Shown here: in pieces, positions 50,645 to 64,000 of the stretch
Numbering within the stretch: position 1 is the stretch's first letter
Layout of the letters: each line of letters begins with the position of its first letter
Source: Selaginella moellendorffii
Taxonomy: Eukaryota; Plantae; Lycopodiophyta
DNA: 64,000 nt
Direction: 5' to 3'
Assembly: GCF_000143415.4 (NCBI RefSeq)
Contig: NW_003314302.1
Span: 1,405,208 to 1,469,207 of the forward strand
The notes under the pieces: model-generated
The model's database searches: none
The model's input: the letters and a program-made list of their open reading frames with translations, nothing else
Told to the model about the DNA's origin: nothing
Made by a program: the position numbers and the translations under genes

Positions 50645-51989
50645 ATGGATCGAAAAGTGGCGATCATGGGTGTGAGGCCGACAGCTCGCTACAGGCGATC
50701 TAGCGCTGGGGCTGGAGCATCGGGCTCGGCTCAATCGCCGATTGTTTTAGGGGGTGGGGCTGGCCACGCAGCAGGGCCGGAGATTATCGATCTGGAAGCC
50801 GAGGTTGGTTCTCCAGGGATAGGAGGAGCTTCTCATTCTTTCCTTGACGGGGAGGGTTCTAGCCAACCTTTGCCGAAGCGACAAAGAAGCTTGAGGGCTG
50901 ATGGCTCTCCAGCTGCTGTTACTCCTGCGGCTGGAAGACTTGGAAGAGGAAGAGCTCATGGAGCAGCAACTTGGGGTAGAGGACCAAGGCAGCATCAAGC
51001 ACCGGGTGGTAGAGGCGTGGTGAGGCCGATTGATGTGGATAGTGTTGTGGAGGTGGAGGCGCGAGCTTTACAGGTGAGTGAAGACGAGAGGCTTGCGAGA
51101 GAGCTGCAAGAGGAGTTCTCCACTGCCGGGGTACGTTCCTTTTGCTTTTCTGTCTAGAGTTCATGTCTTTTGTTCTTCTTTTCTGAAGCAGAGAGATGCT
51201 AATTTGGCTAGGAGTTTGCAAGAGCAAGAACAGCGCCAGCAGCTTCGTCACGCTATGGGCCATGGAAATGCTGAGCGGTTGTATTACAGGCGGCTGGAAT
51301 CGGTGCATGCGAGGATCCAGCAGGCGTTGGAGAACAGGCAGCGTAGCGGACTGCCAGGCAGATTCCGCGGTTTAGAAGAGGTATGCTTTTTTCACGAGTT
51401 TTACAAGTTTGTTTGCATACTTATCTTTCTTTTCGACCAGCGCTTGAATGAATTTGGAGCTATGCTGCGTAGGAGTATACCCCTTGCCATGCAATTGGCT
51501 TATGTTGACCGCGACTTCAACGAGTAAGCTTCTGTGTTTTCCGTGAAAGCTTCCGTGATCTTGACTGGAGACTTTTTGCCTTTTCTCGCTGCGGCAGGAA
51601 TGATTACGAAACGCTTTTAGCTTTGGACGAAGGTGTGAAGCAGCGAGGAGCTTCTCAGGCCCGGATTGACGCTCTTCCAGTTTCGGAGGCAGTGGTATGA
51701 TTATCTAGCTTCCTTTTGCCTTTGTTTCCATTTTCTAGTTTCTTACGGACAAGGATCGACAGGAAACGGATAAAAGCGAGCCATGCTCGATTTGCCTCGA
51801 GGTTCCAGTAGGCGGAGAGGAGATCCGCCGCCTCCCATGCTTGCATGGCTTCCATAAAGAGGTAAAAGAGACGCTGGTCCATCCATCTCTTTCGCCTCGT
51901 TATCTGACCAGTGTCTGCTTGGCTTGCAGTGCATTGATACTTGGCTCCAACGGCGTGCAAACTGTCCGGTGTGTAAGGCTTCGGTCTAA
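50645..51989 (+). CDS. RING-H2 E3 ubiquitin ligase (multi-exon)
   Basis: [17 protein letters not shown], then CSICLE...[18 protein letters not shown]...CPVCK; stop at 51987-51989. Confidence 0.88.
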
Positions 51990-52656
51990 AGTCCCAAATC
52001 TCGTCCATGGCCAAGGCAGTGAAAGGAGACAAGCAATGCACGTAAGTACTCTTGTGTTTTTAGCTACGTAGCCAGTTTCGCTCAAGTTCCTGTCGTGCAA
52101 ATCGCAGAGGTAGCGGCCTTCGCTTCCGTATGTACTCGCATTCAAGTGGAAAAGAAGCTCGAGAATTTCTACTTCTTGGGCTTTGGATCGTCCGCTGGAT
52201 GGAAGTGGTTTCCTCTCAAATCGAGCTTGCGAGAGTACAAACTAGAGAAGGAGCAGTAAAAGAGCCTGTGAGAGGTACGCGATTGGATTCAAAGCTCCTA
52301 CACTTATAGATCTTCTCCTTGGAGAAAAAAAAAATACAAAGGTTGATCTTTCGAACTGACTGCCAGTACTTCGTACGTAGGGAGTTCATGCACTTTGCGA
52401 TGTATTTTGACTTGGCTTTTACGGTTTTTACCTGTGGTTGTTACCGAAGGTAAAGTGTGCATTACCGTTCGTACAGTTTTACTGTATCGTACGGGAATGA
52501 TTAAGAATGATGAAACCCTATTCTTCGTCCTGTCGATGGGTTTTGGATGTTGGCATTTGCCAGGAGAAGGAATTCCAAATCTCTGAGAAAAGCAAAGAGA
52601 TATCATACCAACAATTCTTTATTTTTTCAATGTGGATCTTGGGACACACAAATCAA

Positions 52657-54036
52657 TCAGCCTAGCAAAGCAAGAGATGGATCAAATCGATCAAATTGGG
52701 AAGAATGCGCGACCTGGATCAAGTTGGGAAGAGGAAGAACTGGATCATTACAGACTCCAGGGGGGGTCCTCCAAATTGGCGAAGCTCCCGAGCTGCGAGG
52801 CTTCGTGCGCCAGTGGAATCGGCCACACCTAGAAGACGAAGAACGCAAACTCATTACTGTACTGTTCCAAATCTTTTTTAAAGGAGGGAATATGCCTAAG
52901 GCATATCCCTCCTTCGTCTTCCTTACGAGAGTGTAAGCCCGCGACTCGAGAGGCTCCAGCGTCACGCCGCGCTCGTTGGTGGGAACGATTCGCCCAAGCG
53001 CTGGATCGAAGAGCGCCGCGCCGTCGCCAAAGTGGCCCACGAGATCGAAGGGCGATTTGTCGTCGATGATAGAAACCACTCCCCCGTCAATCACGATCTG
53101 GGCAGCAGCATACGACTGCGCGGCGGGATGGTGCAATTGCTCCGACCCTGCACAGAAAAAAATGGCTGGCCCGTTTAGGAGAGGAAAAGAAAGGAAGCAA
53201 AGATCTTGCCCAGTCCAGTCTAGCTAGGAGTATACGGCACTGCTCGCTCTGGGACTTGTCTATCTATCTATCAGGACGAGAAGAAACAAGGAAGAAGAAA
53301 ACCTCTCATTTTTCTCGTTCTTCTCTTTTTTTGTTCGCACCCAGGAGGACGAAAATGAAAGACCGATGGGATTGATCGAAAGAGATGGAGAAAGAAAGAG
53401 AGAGAGAGGGAGAGGGAGCAGTAGTGTCGCTCATTGATTTACCGGATGAAGCTGAAGCGGAAGCGCTAGGGGCGGAGGAGGACAAATCCTGCTGGAAAGC
53501 GGCGGTGGCACTGGCGGCGGCGGGAGAAGAAGAGGCGGAGGCGCCAGAGACGGCGTTGGCCTCCTCGATGCGGCGCCGCTTGCGTTTCTCGCGGGACTTC
53601 TTGTTCTGAAACCAATAGTACACTTTGGATTCGTCCACCGGGCCGTGGTGGCCGATGAGCTCGGCTATCTCCGTGACGTTTTCTTGCGATGGCGGCGTCC
53701 CTTTCGCGTAGAATTCCTCCAGGATGGCCAGCTGCTGACTGTTTGGCCGCCACCGCTGCTGCGCGGGCCTTGTCGGCGCTGGCGGCGCTGGCACGGATGA
53801 GATTTCGATGTGTTTCCTGCGACCTTGCAGAAGAACAAATGGGTAGTCAGTGCTTGCAAGCAGCAAAACGACGGCAAAACGAAAACAAAACGGTCGAGAG
53901 AAATATATATACTTCTGTGATGCATATGCAATGCCTTTAGCTCCAGGAGCTCTGTGTTGATATCCCGCTCCTGATCGATCTGATCAGACTCGGACGACGC
54001 CGGCGATGAAGCCGCCTGCTGCTCGCACCGCCTCAT
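52657..54036 (-). CDS. WOX: WUSCHEL-related homeobox protein with WOX9/11-type C-terminal domain
   Basis: Homeodomain RWRPNSQQLAILEEFY...KVYYWFQNKKSR. Spliced (53442/53147) to a C-terminal exon IVIDG...FDLVGHFGDGAALFD...VPTNERGVTLEPLE..YTLV. The first exon and exact stop (52657, or 52829 if another intron is used) are uncertain. Confidence 0.82.
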
Positions 54037-54965
54037 TCTTCCGGGGATCGATCGATCTAGTGAAGAACAACCGAAAGAAAAGAGAGGAGGGATCGAGTTG
54101 CTCCCACAGGGAGCTGGAGATATGGAGGAGAAAAGAAGAGAGCGCCGGGTCGTGTTGTGTTTCCACCTGATCTTTGGGGTTGACGACGTAATCACTGCGT
54201 CAGGTATATTCCTTCGCACTTACCATTTTTACTTACTTTGTGACGCCAGTAAATACGTTCCCACAAATCAATACTTACTGCCCGCGCTGCGGCCTACATT
54301 CCCTTGTGCGTATTTTAATACGTATCCAGAGAAATTCTCTCCCACCCGGTATGTATTTGGTAAGTTTTTCTGTACTTTTGCGGGCCGAGTAAAAACCGTC
54401 AACGACAACCTTCGGAGGGTTAAGATAATCAAGCAACGTCACAACTTTAAAATTCACGCAGCATTAGCATGCTATCTTAATGTGAAGATAAATCACAATC
54501 TCTTATCTACTCGTCTCAAATCTTTTTCTTTTCTATACAAGAAAATCTTCTGTGTTCTTCTTCTTCTTCTTCTTCTGAAATTCTTCTTGTTTTTATATTG
54601 TTTTCCTCTTCTCCAATGTTGAGAAAGATTTGGATTGGGATTTGAGATGCTAGCAGCAGCTGCAGCCTTGCATTGTTGCAGGGGGGGCACTGAAGCGTGA
54701 TTGGGTGTGATGAGATTTTCAAGAGCAGTATCTAGAGAGCATTAGATGTGGCTTCCTTGTCTATCATGAATCTGGGGCTTCAAGATTTCTTGAGAAATGC
54801 ATTGGAATTTAAGGATCACATGAAACCTGCAGGAGCAGATAGAACCACCACCCAAACAAAATTATGCTAAGAAAAAAGATGCCAATCGGATTCGAACCAG
54901 AAGAAAAAACTACTGTTCTCTCTTTTGTTTTACTCTCACTCCCAATCTCTCTCTTCTATTTCATC

Positions 54966-55429
54966 CTATGTTGGGCTCAGTGCGGGCTCGTCACGAACAT
55001 TTGCGGCAGGCAGCGTGTAATCGTCATCCTGTTCTGAAAGGCCTCGACGCCTGCAGATTGGGCTTGCGTCGAATGGCTCACATCCGCTCTCGAACGGAAT
55101 ACTAGACAGATTCTAGGGATTATTCGTGTTAAAAAATACTCATGCTTGGAAACTCGCCTCTATCTTAGAGCTTTGAAATGGAGACAAACTCACCTCCTGC
55201 TCTTCGAATCTCTGTGATGGCAAAGAGCTCGTCTCGTCATTTGAAAAGATCACATCTTCCAGCTCTACAAGGATCACGATGGATATTTCATGCTTAGAGT
55301 GATTTTAGTACCTTTAAAAGCAAGCCCCCCGTGATCATTTTCCAGGAATCTGGATTCGCAGCTCTGTACCACCAAGCCCGCAGTTGTAATCAAAGAGAGG
55401 AGCAGCAACGCGAAGCGGAACTTGCCCAT
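54966..55429 (-). CDS. Small secreted tyrosine-sulfated peptide precursor (PSY-like with PSK-like Cys pro-region), 111 aa, 3 exons
   Basis: Exons 55429-55312, 55264-55194 and 55112-54966 with GT-AG introns of 47 and 81 nt. Product: MGKFRFALLLLSLITTAGLVVQSCESRFLENDHGGLAFKELEDVIFSNDETSSLPSQRFEEQENLSSIPFESGCEPFDASPICRRRGLSEQDDDYTLPAANVRDEPALSPT*. Confidence 0.75.
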
Positions 55430-55689
55430 GGATCCGAGCGCAGCCTGAGCGAATGGTCACCGGGCCGACGTTAAATCAATGTGTGATATAAAATAATACT
55501 ATTTTAACGACCAGAATTCTACGCGCACATCGTCGAAGTGGTTCCTAACATGCACGAAGTTGCAAAAAGTCAAACCCGGCCGCACCAACTTACGCTTTCG
55601 ATCACATGCCTGCCTGTCAATGCGCTGACCAGATTTTATAAGAGACCCCCTGATTAAAGAGTTGTAGTGGAAAAAAAAAAACCTTTCTG

Positions 55690-56622
55690 GGATAAACCCT
55701 AAACTGTGTATTTTATTGATTATTCCTCTCTCTTATGGAACTGTGTAGCCATCCATCTCAAAGTCCACAATGATTCCACGTCCTCGGCGGACGCCACAGT
55801 CGCAACAACGCCTTCCTCTTTGACGTGCTCCAAATGACCGCGAACGCTTTGAAATCTGAGTAAAGATCAGTGATACGCGATAGATCCCTTGAACAGCTTG
55901 CGTTCTTCCTCTGTGATTCCTAGCATGTAGCAGGCGGAGAATGTACTGGAATGGACGAAAGAGGGCGCAGATACCATTGTATCTGGAAGCTGACAAAATC
56001 AATGATGGCTTTGGTACCGTCCAGTTCAAGCTCTCTCATGAACTGGACTTGTTGTCGACGGTCTTACCAGGTTCGGGTCTCAATACGCCTGAGTGAAAGA
56101 CAGACCGTGAGAAACTGCTAAACGCGGTGTCTCGAGCTTTAGCAGAGACGTCGCAAGTCCAACTGCTCGCTCGAGCCCAAACGTTGTTCTCCGACGAATT
56201 CACCTCCATTTTCCGGAAGCCTCCGTCGCCACCACTCACAAACCGACCCAACAGCGCCAGGAACGTTCATGGCTTCCAGCGGTGACGCGCATCCTCTGTA
56301 TGCTTTTATGATAATTCACTTAAATCGTTCCTTGTGTTCGTTCGCATCTGACCACATACATGAGTAGTGCCTATAACTGCTACTAGTAAAGAGATCTTGG
56401 GCTTCACCCGCGAACCGAATTTAGGTTTGGCGACACGTTACTAGCAACGATTGGCTGGACATTCAAATGGCGCATTTGAATATCTATCGTCGGTAAGAGA
56501 AAATGAAGCCTGTGGGGTGCCGTCCCTAGCATTAGACGATCGATTGAGCCGAGAGCTAACACACTGTCTCCAGATCCTTGTCTGAAGAAGCCAGTTCATA
56601 GACACCATAGACGTGCCAGCTC
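55690..56622 (-). pseudogene. Heavily deleted duplicate of the PreP 3' half
   Basis: Colinear patches matching 57445-60265 compressed into about 0.9 kb. Confidence 0.8.
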
Positions 56623-56625
56623 TTA

Positions 56626-57175
56626 CCCTGAGAAAAGGAAAGATATCATACCTCAAAACACTTCTTTATTTTTCGGCACACAAATCATTCAACTGGAAGA
56701 GAATGGATCAGTAGAAATTCTTCCAGGGCTGGTCTTCCAGATCCAGATTGCTCCCGTGAGATCGGCAAAGTGAAAAAGAAAAAACCAGAGGAGTGAATAT
56801 TCCTTGCTAGCGAAGGCATATCCCTCCTTCGTCTTGGGGAGAGATCGCCATCACCATCCCTTTTCCTCTTTAGAAGAGGGATTGAAGAAAGCTCTCTATC
56901 TTGTGTGTTCTAGGTACAGAACCTTCAACTGATGCCGCTCGAGATCGTGAACAGACTAGCCGGCGATATCCTCGATGGATCGATCGACAGCCGAAAGAAA
57001 AGAGAGGAGGAGCTCGGGAATGAAGAATTGCGGTCTTACCATTTTTACATGAGACGATAGTAAATACGCCCCGCTGCCGCCAACATTCCCCTGTGGGTAT
57101 CTTAATACGTAGCTTGTGACTAGATAATAGCGGCTCCCTTCTCGCACAAACTTTCAAAGCCTTACCACATGCATG
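56626..57175 (-). pseudogene. Heavily deleted duplicate of the WOX locus flanks
   Basis: Patches match 52580-52920 and 54040-54470; the homeobox is missing. Confidence 0.72.
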
Positions 57176-57511
57176 TCCCATAAACTAGAAATTGAACGCG
57201 CACCACCCGTCGCACGCCATAACATACACATACGTTTCGATTTGAAAGAGCCGTCAAAATCTAGCGGCGTGGCAGCAAATCAAAGTTTAGTTTTTGTATA
57301 ATTTACTTTTCTCGTTGTACCTGGGATCATCGAGAACAAAGTCAGCAAGTTTCTAAGATCTTAGATTTCTTGCTTTACTGCTCGACTGCAGTGTGGAGCT
57401 GGCCCAGGATGAATCCACACTCTTATTTCAGATGTTTAGAGCGACAGAAACCCTAAACCGTTGACCAGGATATTCGCTCTTTATTCCTTTCTTATAACAA
57501 AACTGGCGCGC

Positions 57512-57530
57512 GTGTGTGTGTGTGTGTGTG
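57512..57530. repeat. (GT)n microsatellite
   Basis: About 10 GT units downstream of the PreP stop. Confidence 0.85.
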
Positions 57531-57540
57531 TCTTGTTTGT

Positions 57541-60500
57541 TTACAGGCTGACTTTCTTCGGCTGGAGGAGGCCTGGCCGCTCCTTGTTCGCGGATTCCAC
57601 GTCCTCGGCGGACGCTACAGCCGCGACAATGCCCTTCTCTTTGACGTGCTCAAGCACGTCCGCGAACGCTTTGAAATCTCTGAGGCTGCCAGCACAAAAG
57701 CGAGGAAGAGTAAAGATCTATCAAACCAGTGGTGATTGGAGTGACAACGCACCTTGTTGATAGGATTTGCTCCCTTCGCAGCTTGCGTTCTTCCTCTGTG
57801 ATTCCTAGAATGTAGCGGAGCATACTGGAATGGACGAGAGGAGGTAAGGAAATGCCAAAAGGGATGTAGATTTGTGCAGCGTACCTCGAGTAACCCTTTG
57901 CATCTGGAAGCTGATACGAATCAACATCTCCAATGGTGCCAATGATAGCTTTGGTGAGCGCGTCATCGTCCAGTTCAAGCTCTCTCAGGAACTGGACGGT
58001 TAAGTCGTAGTTGTCGATGGTCTTTGCCAGATTCGGGTCTCGGTAGGACAAGTATGTAAATACGCCTGAGAGAGACAGACAGAGATGTGACTGTGAGAAA
58101 CTACTAGACGGTGAATTACCCGAATGAGAATCGAAGTCGCAGAAGCCTCCGTAAGCGCCACCACTCACACGCACTCGATCCCACAGCCACGTGTTGCCAA
58201 TGTACTTGGAAATAACATACGCGCTTCCATCGAGCTCATATCCTGTATCGTACAAATTTGCTGCTTTACCAACGTAGTTCACCTGTGGGGAAAAAAAATC
58301 CAAAGTTACAAAAGGGAACGAGAGATTCTTCTCTTACCTGTGTGGGAACAATAATGCCTTCATTGCATGGTTGAAGAATACCATTCCACGTGCAAACAAC
58401 TGGCTCGGTTTCAGGCAGGGCTTCGAGTAGAGAACTGACAAAACTGTCTGCTTTAGTCAAATTCTTCTCATCTGCTGTCAAGTTCACGATGGCCCCTTTC
58501 CGAGACAGAAAACTCGTCCGAATTCTTTCCAGATTCTGTTGCACTGCGGGCCAGTCGGTGTCCACTTGCTTCTCTAATTCGCGCAGATAGTCTAGATAAC
58601 TGTACAGACGGTACTTAGAGGATAATTAAAGCGGTGTTATAAGTACCTGAGACCACCCATTTTCTCTCCAACAGCGCCAGGAATGTTCAGCATTGCGTCC
58701 AGCCGTGACGCCACAATTCTGTGGCCAGCACCTCTAAGGCGGCTCTGTAATGTTTTATGATAATTGTCAGCGAGATAAATGGTGCCGGCAACTTTACCTC
58801 CATGCCTGACTTGCTCTGGGACACAAACTGCTTAAATCGTTCCTTGTCAGTAAATTGTACGTCTTGAAGGATTGTTCGCATCTGATCACATACATGACAT
58901 GTAAGAGTAGTGCCCACGAATGCTAAAATACATACCAGACTAAAGAGATCTTGCGCCTGTGAAGCCATGGCTTTACCACGAATAATCATTTTGCTTGATG
59001 GTTCTTTTTTCCCGCGAACCGAGGACGTCGAAGGATAGACAGAAATGCCTCCTGTCTTTCGACCAATAAGCAGGTTTAGCGACACAAAATCCATGTCTTT
59101 TGTTCCCATCTCGAGCAAAGATTGGCTGGACATTTAAACGGCCCACTAAATATCGTCGATAAGAGGAACAGAAGTAGTACTGACCAGAAAAGCGGAACCA
59201 GGGGCAAAAGCTCAGAAGGAACAGTGCGCAGCTCAAAAGCAACTTCTGCATATAAGACATCATTGGTAAAGATATCATGACGTAACATAGTCGCGCCGTG
59301 CATTTCACCGATCTGATCAATCAGGCATTAGACGATGAGGAACGCTAATTATTGAACTTACAGCAATTGGAACGTGAATAGGCTCTTTTGGAATATCAGA
59401 CAGTGACAGAGATGGTACTGCTTTTAATGCCTCAGGAGGATCAGGCGTTTCTTGGCGCTTCTTTAGCTCCTCGGTTGCTCGAGCAAGTTCCTCAAGCTCT
59501 TGTTTTGCCAGGCTTGCTTTCACCTTCGCCAGTCTTTCCTTCTCCAAGGCTTCAATTTCTGCTGATTTTTCAGCATCCGGCTGAGCAACACCACTTCCAA
59601 ATCAGTACGAAGGGCCTTTTTCATGTAAGACCGTACCTGGAGCTCAACAGTCACAAGATGCTTGTTGCTAAGAAGGAAGTTCTGTATAAGTGGTGAGAAA
59701 ACTGCCTTAGCACCCTCCGTCGCTATTTTGGCCTTCAAATCTTCTAATGGCTTGGCGAATCTTAAAGGTTCAAATGGATCACGACCATACAGCCATTTAC
59801 CCTGTAAGAAGTGTCAGAAGAGCATGCATTAAATACCAAAATGTCTAAAATACTCACCATCGACCTCAGCATGAGAGATAGTCCGCGTGGGAACGATCCA
59901 GTGTTGTTCTCTCTTAGTGCAAACTCGATTGTGTTCATAGAAGCCTCGACAGCTTCAGACGTGAAACCTTCATCAGCCAGCTTTTGTAATGTAGATACGA
60001 TCAATTCCTCAACTGCTGGGATATCACTTTCGGCGACGCCTTTCATGCCGATACTAAATTGCGGTTGAAGGAGGTCATCTTCTACTCCGCTTGAAGTAAG
60101 AGCCTCTCCCAGGTGACTTTCAAGCAACGTCTTTCTTAGAGGTGCTGCTGGCGTCCCTAGCACTAGATGATCTAGAAAGCCGAGAGCTAGCTCAGTCTCC
60201 AGATCCAATGGCTTGTCTGAAAGAAGCCAGTTCATAGAGACCATATGCTTTTTGGACGTGTCAGTCTCCTCTCCTACTGCATATTTCTCTTTAATCTTCT
60301 TTGGCTCAGAGAGAAGACTTTGAGGTTTAACTTCGGATTCTGCTGCTGAGTTGTTGGCTTCAAAATTAGATAGATAGGCTGCTCCTCACACGGATCAGTA
60401 AATGCACGAACCATAAACTTAACACACTGACCATTCACGATTCGAAGTCGTTCAGTTGGATCATCGTCCCCATAAAACCATATCCTCGCATTACTGGGAT

Positions 60501-61801
60501 GATAGAACTTTCTATGGAACTCCTGTTAATCATTGTAAATTCGTCACATAACAATCATGAGAGAGAGAGCGAGAATACCTGAAACTCTTCAAACGTTAGA
60601 TCAGGAATCACAGATGGATCTCCACCACTGTCCACATTATACGCATTATTAGGAAATAATTCCTTCAATGAAAGAAAATGAAAGAATGAATTTTTAAAAA
60701 TATCAAACTTAAAAAGCGGCTCATACCTGCTGGCAAATTCGGCCAAGAACACTATCTGGTTGCGAATAAACACCTTTCATTTCGTTGAACACAACACCTG
60801 CGTGTAACACCATAGACACCAGTCAACAAGGAGTTTCGAAGTGACAAATAACTTGCCTTTGTATGTGAGGTCTTCAGACGAATCGTTAACTTCGTAATGC
60901 CAACCTTCCTGTTGAAAGATTTGCGGGTCGCTTACGCAACGAGGATGAAAAACAGCGTCCAAATAAACATCCACTAGGTTGTAAAAATCCTGCAAGGAAG
61001 TGGAAAACTCAATCCATCAACAAATAACTGGAAAATCAATCACTAACCTTTAAGTTTGTGGAAGCCACAGGATAGCAAGTCCGGTCGGGATACGTGAACG
61101 CATTCAGAAACGTATGCAAGCTTCCCTTGAGCAGCTCAACAAATGGCTCTTTGAGAGGATATTTTCTGGAGCCACAAAGAACGCTGTGCTCGAGAATGTG
61201 TGGAATTCCTTTGGAGTCTTTGCTGCACATAGAAACCAAAAAACAAAGGCAAAGAAATGAGGGTGAGAAGGATGAAACTCATATATTCCTTACGGTGGTG
61301 TTCTAAACACGATTCCAAAGACCTTGTTCTCGTCCTCGTTCACGACCGACATGACCTCCGCCCCAGTCTTCTTGTGTCGATAGAGCACAGCAGTAGATTT
61401 GTACTCGGAAATAAACTCTTCCCTCACTTCCTCAAATCCCAGCTCCTTGACAACGTCCGGATTGGCTCCTGGAAGAACGAGCGATTCAATTCAATCCCAT
61501 CCAATCACTCTCATCGATATTACGAGGATTTCTTACCAATCTTCGGCGCTGGAGCAGCGACCGCGGCTTGGGGAGCGTTGCAAAGCTTCCTCCTCGACAC
61601 GGAGAGAGACGCTCCAAATGCGTCGCCCGGCGATGGAGCTCGACGCGAGACGCGGCTGAAGCAAGCGAGCTGATTCCTGTGATGAGGGAAGCGCCTGAGA
61701 ATCCCTGGCGAGCAGCGATTGCCGACGTTGAGCACTGATGCGAGCTCCATTGCCTTGAATCCTCCTGCTCCACGCCTTCGCAGCACGGCGCGAGATAGCA
61801 T
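57541..61801 (-). CDS. PreP: Presequence protease (M16C metallopeptidase), multi-exon
   Basis: Arg/Ser-rich targeting peptide; GIPHILEHSVLCGSRKYPLKEPFVEL; LRENNTGSFPRGL; WLWDRVRVSGGAYGG; SYRDPN; ends KKVSL*. Confidence 0.95.
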
Positions 61802-61986
61802 CACACTGGAGCTCGATCGATGGGAAAGACGAAGAGAAGGCGCTGGAATATCAGCGCATTGTGATGCTCGCTTGAGCCCTAGAAATATTTAGCATCAACA
61901 AGTATCTGTACGAAAGAGAATATACGTTACTATGTACGGCATGCTCTTCTTTTAGGGTTTATCATCGATTCATTCAAACAGGGGCA

Positions 61987-63425
<1,439 letters not shown>

Positions 63426-64000
63426 AAGACGCTGCAGTAGCAGGTACGCAAAAGTCTGTCCTTTCTTTTGGTCGTCACTACGAAGTACTGTTTATCAGGC
63501 CAGGCATTTTCGAAGTCTTAGAGATCACAGCAAGGCATTGCTTTGGAAATTCTGCGCAGTCGGGGCTTCCCTGCGGAATCCGCAAAGTTTCTATCGCTAC
63601 TTCGTTATAAAAATCTCTCTTCCAATCCATCAGAGGCCATGGCACGTCACAAGTTTGTCTCTCTTTACTTGTGGTATTGATAGTCGCTACGCAGCTAGCG
63701 ACATTACACCGTCTCCAGCTCCAGCTCCGGATAGTTGCTGGAAGAATGTGGAGACCAAAACCGGAGGGGCATACTCCGAGAGTTTGGTCTACGAATCCAT
63801 GTATCGAGTGCCGGGCAACATGACGATCCAGCGCGAGAAACACTTTTGGAGTTTGAGCTGCTTCCATGACAAGGCAAAGTGTAGGAGGTGTGGTGGGGCT
63901 TCGGCGAGCGCAATCTTTCAGTCTCCAAAATCATTTTATTACCGAGGGAACTCTAGACCATTTCTTGCCTATTCCGATCCAGTTCGCGTGCATGGATCAT

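Noticed and set aside
63478-64000. Minus-strand ORF at the window edge
   Set aside because: Truncated and no recognisable domain.

Overview
Gene-dense land-plant nuclear DNA with very short introns (about 43-90 nt) and PLS-type PPR genes, most consistent with a lycophyte such as Selaginella (inferred from genome style). 1-14.2 kb is a nest of LTR retrotransposons: a minus-strand non-autonomous element, a decayed Ty3/gypsy pol, and a full-length non-coding 7.3-kb element (1143-bp LTRs, TSD AGTGG) inserted in its integrase. 14.3-18.6 kb is a mosaic of pseudogene fragments (WAPL, ABCC, SEC6, metallophosphoesterase). Apparently intact genes follow: WAPL, ABCC/MRP transporter, eIF3g, CYP78A, a metallophosphoesterase, a PLS-E PPR, a class III peroxidase, a Crinkler-like REase+kinase-like gene, a RING-H2 E3, a WOX gene, PreP and a NUDX19-like hydrolase. 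There is also a CYP78A pseudogene, a TRIM palindrome and a decayed WOX/PreP tandem duplicate. The best candidate for novelty is a 3-exon gene missing from the ORF track (55429-54966, minus). It encodes a 111-aa secreted precursor that joins a phytosulfokine-like C-x8-C-RR pro-region to a PSY-like DY..P.AN..(D/E)P peptide and lies just upstream of the WOX gene. All alignments and splice models were done by eye.
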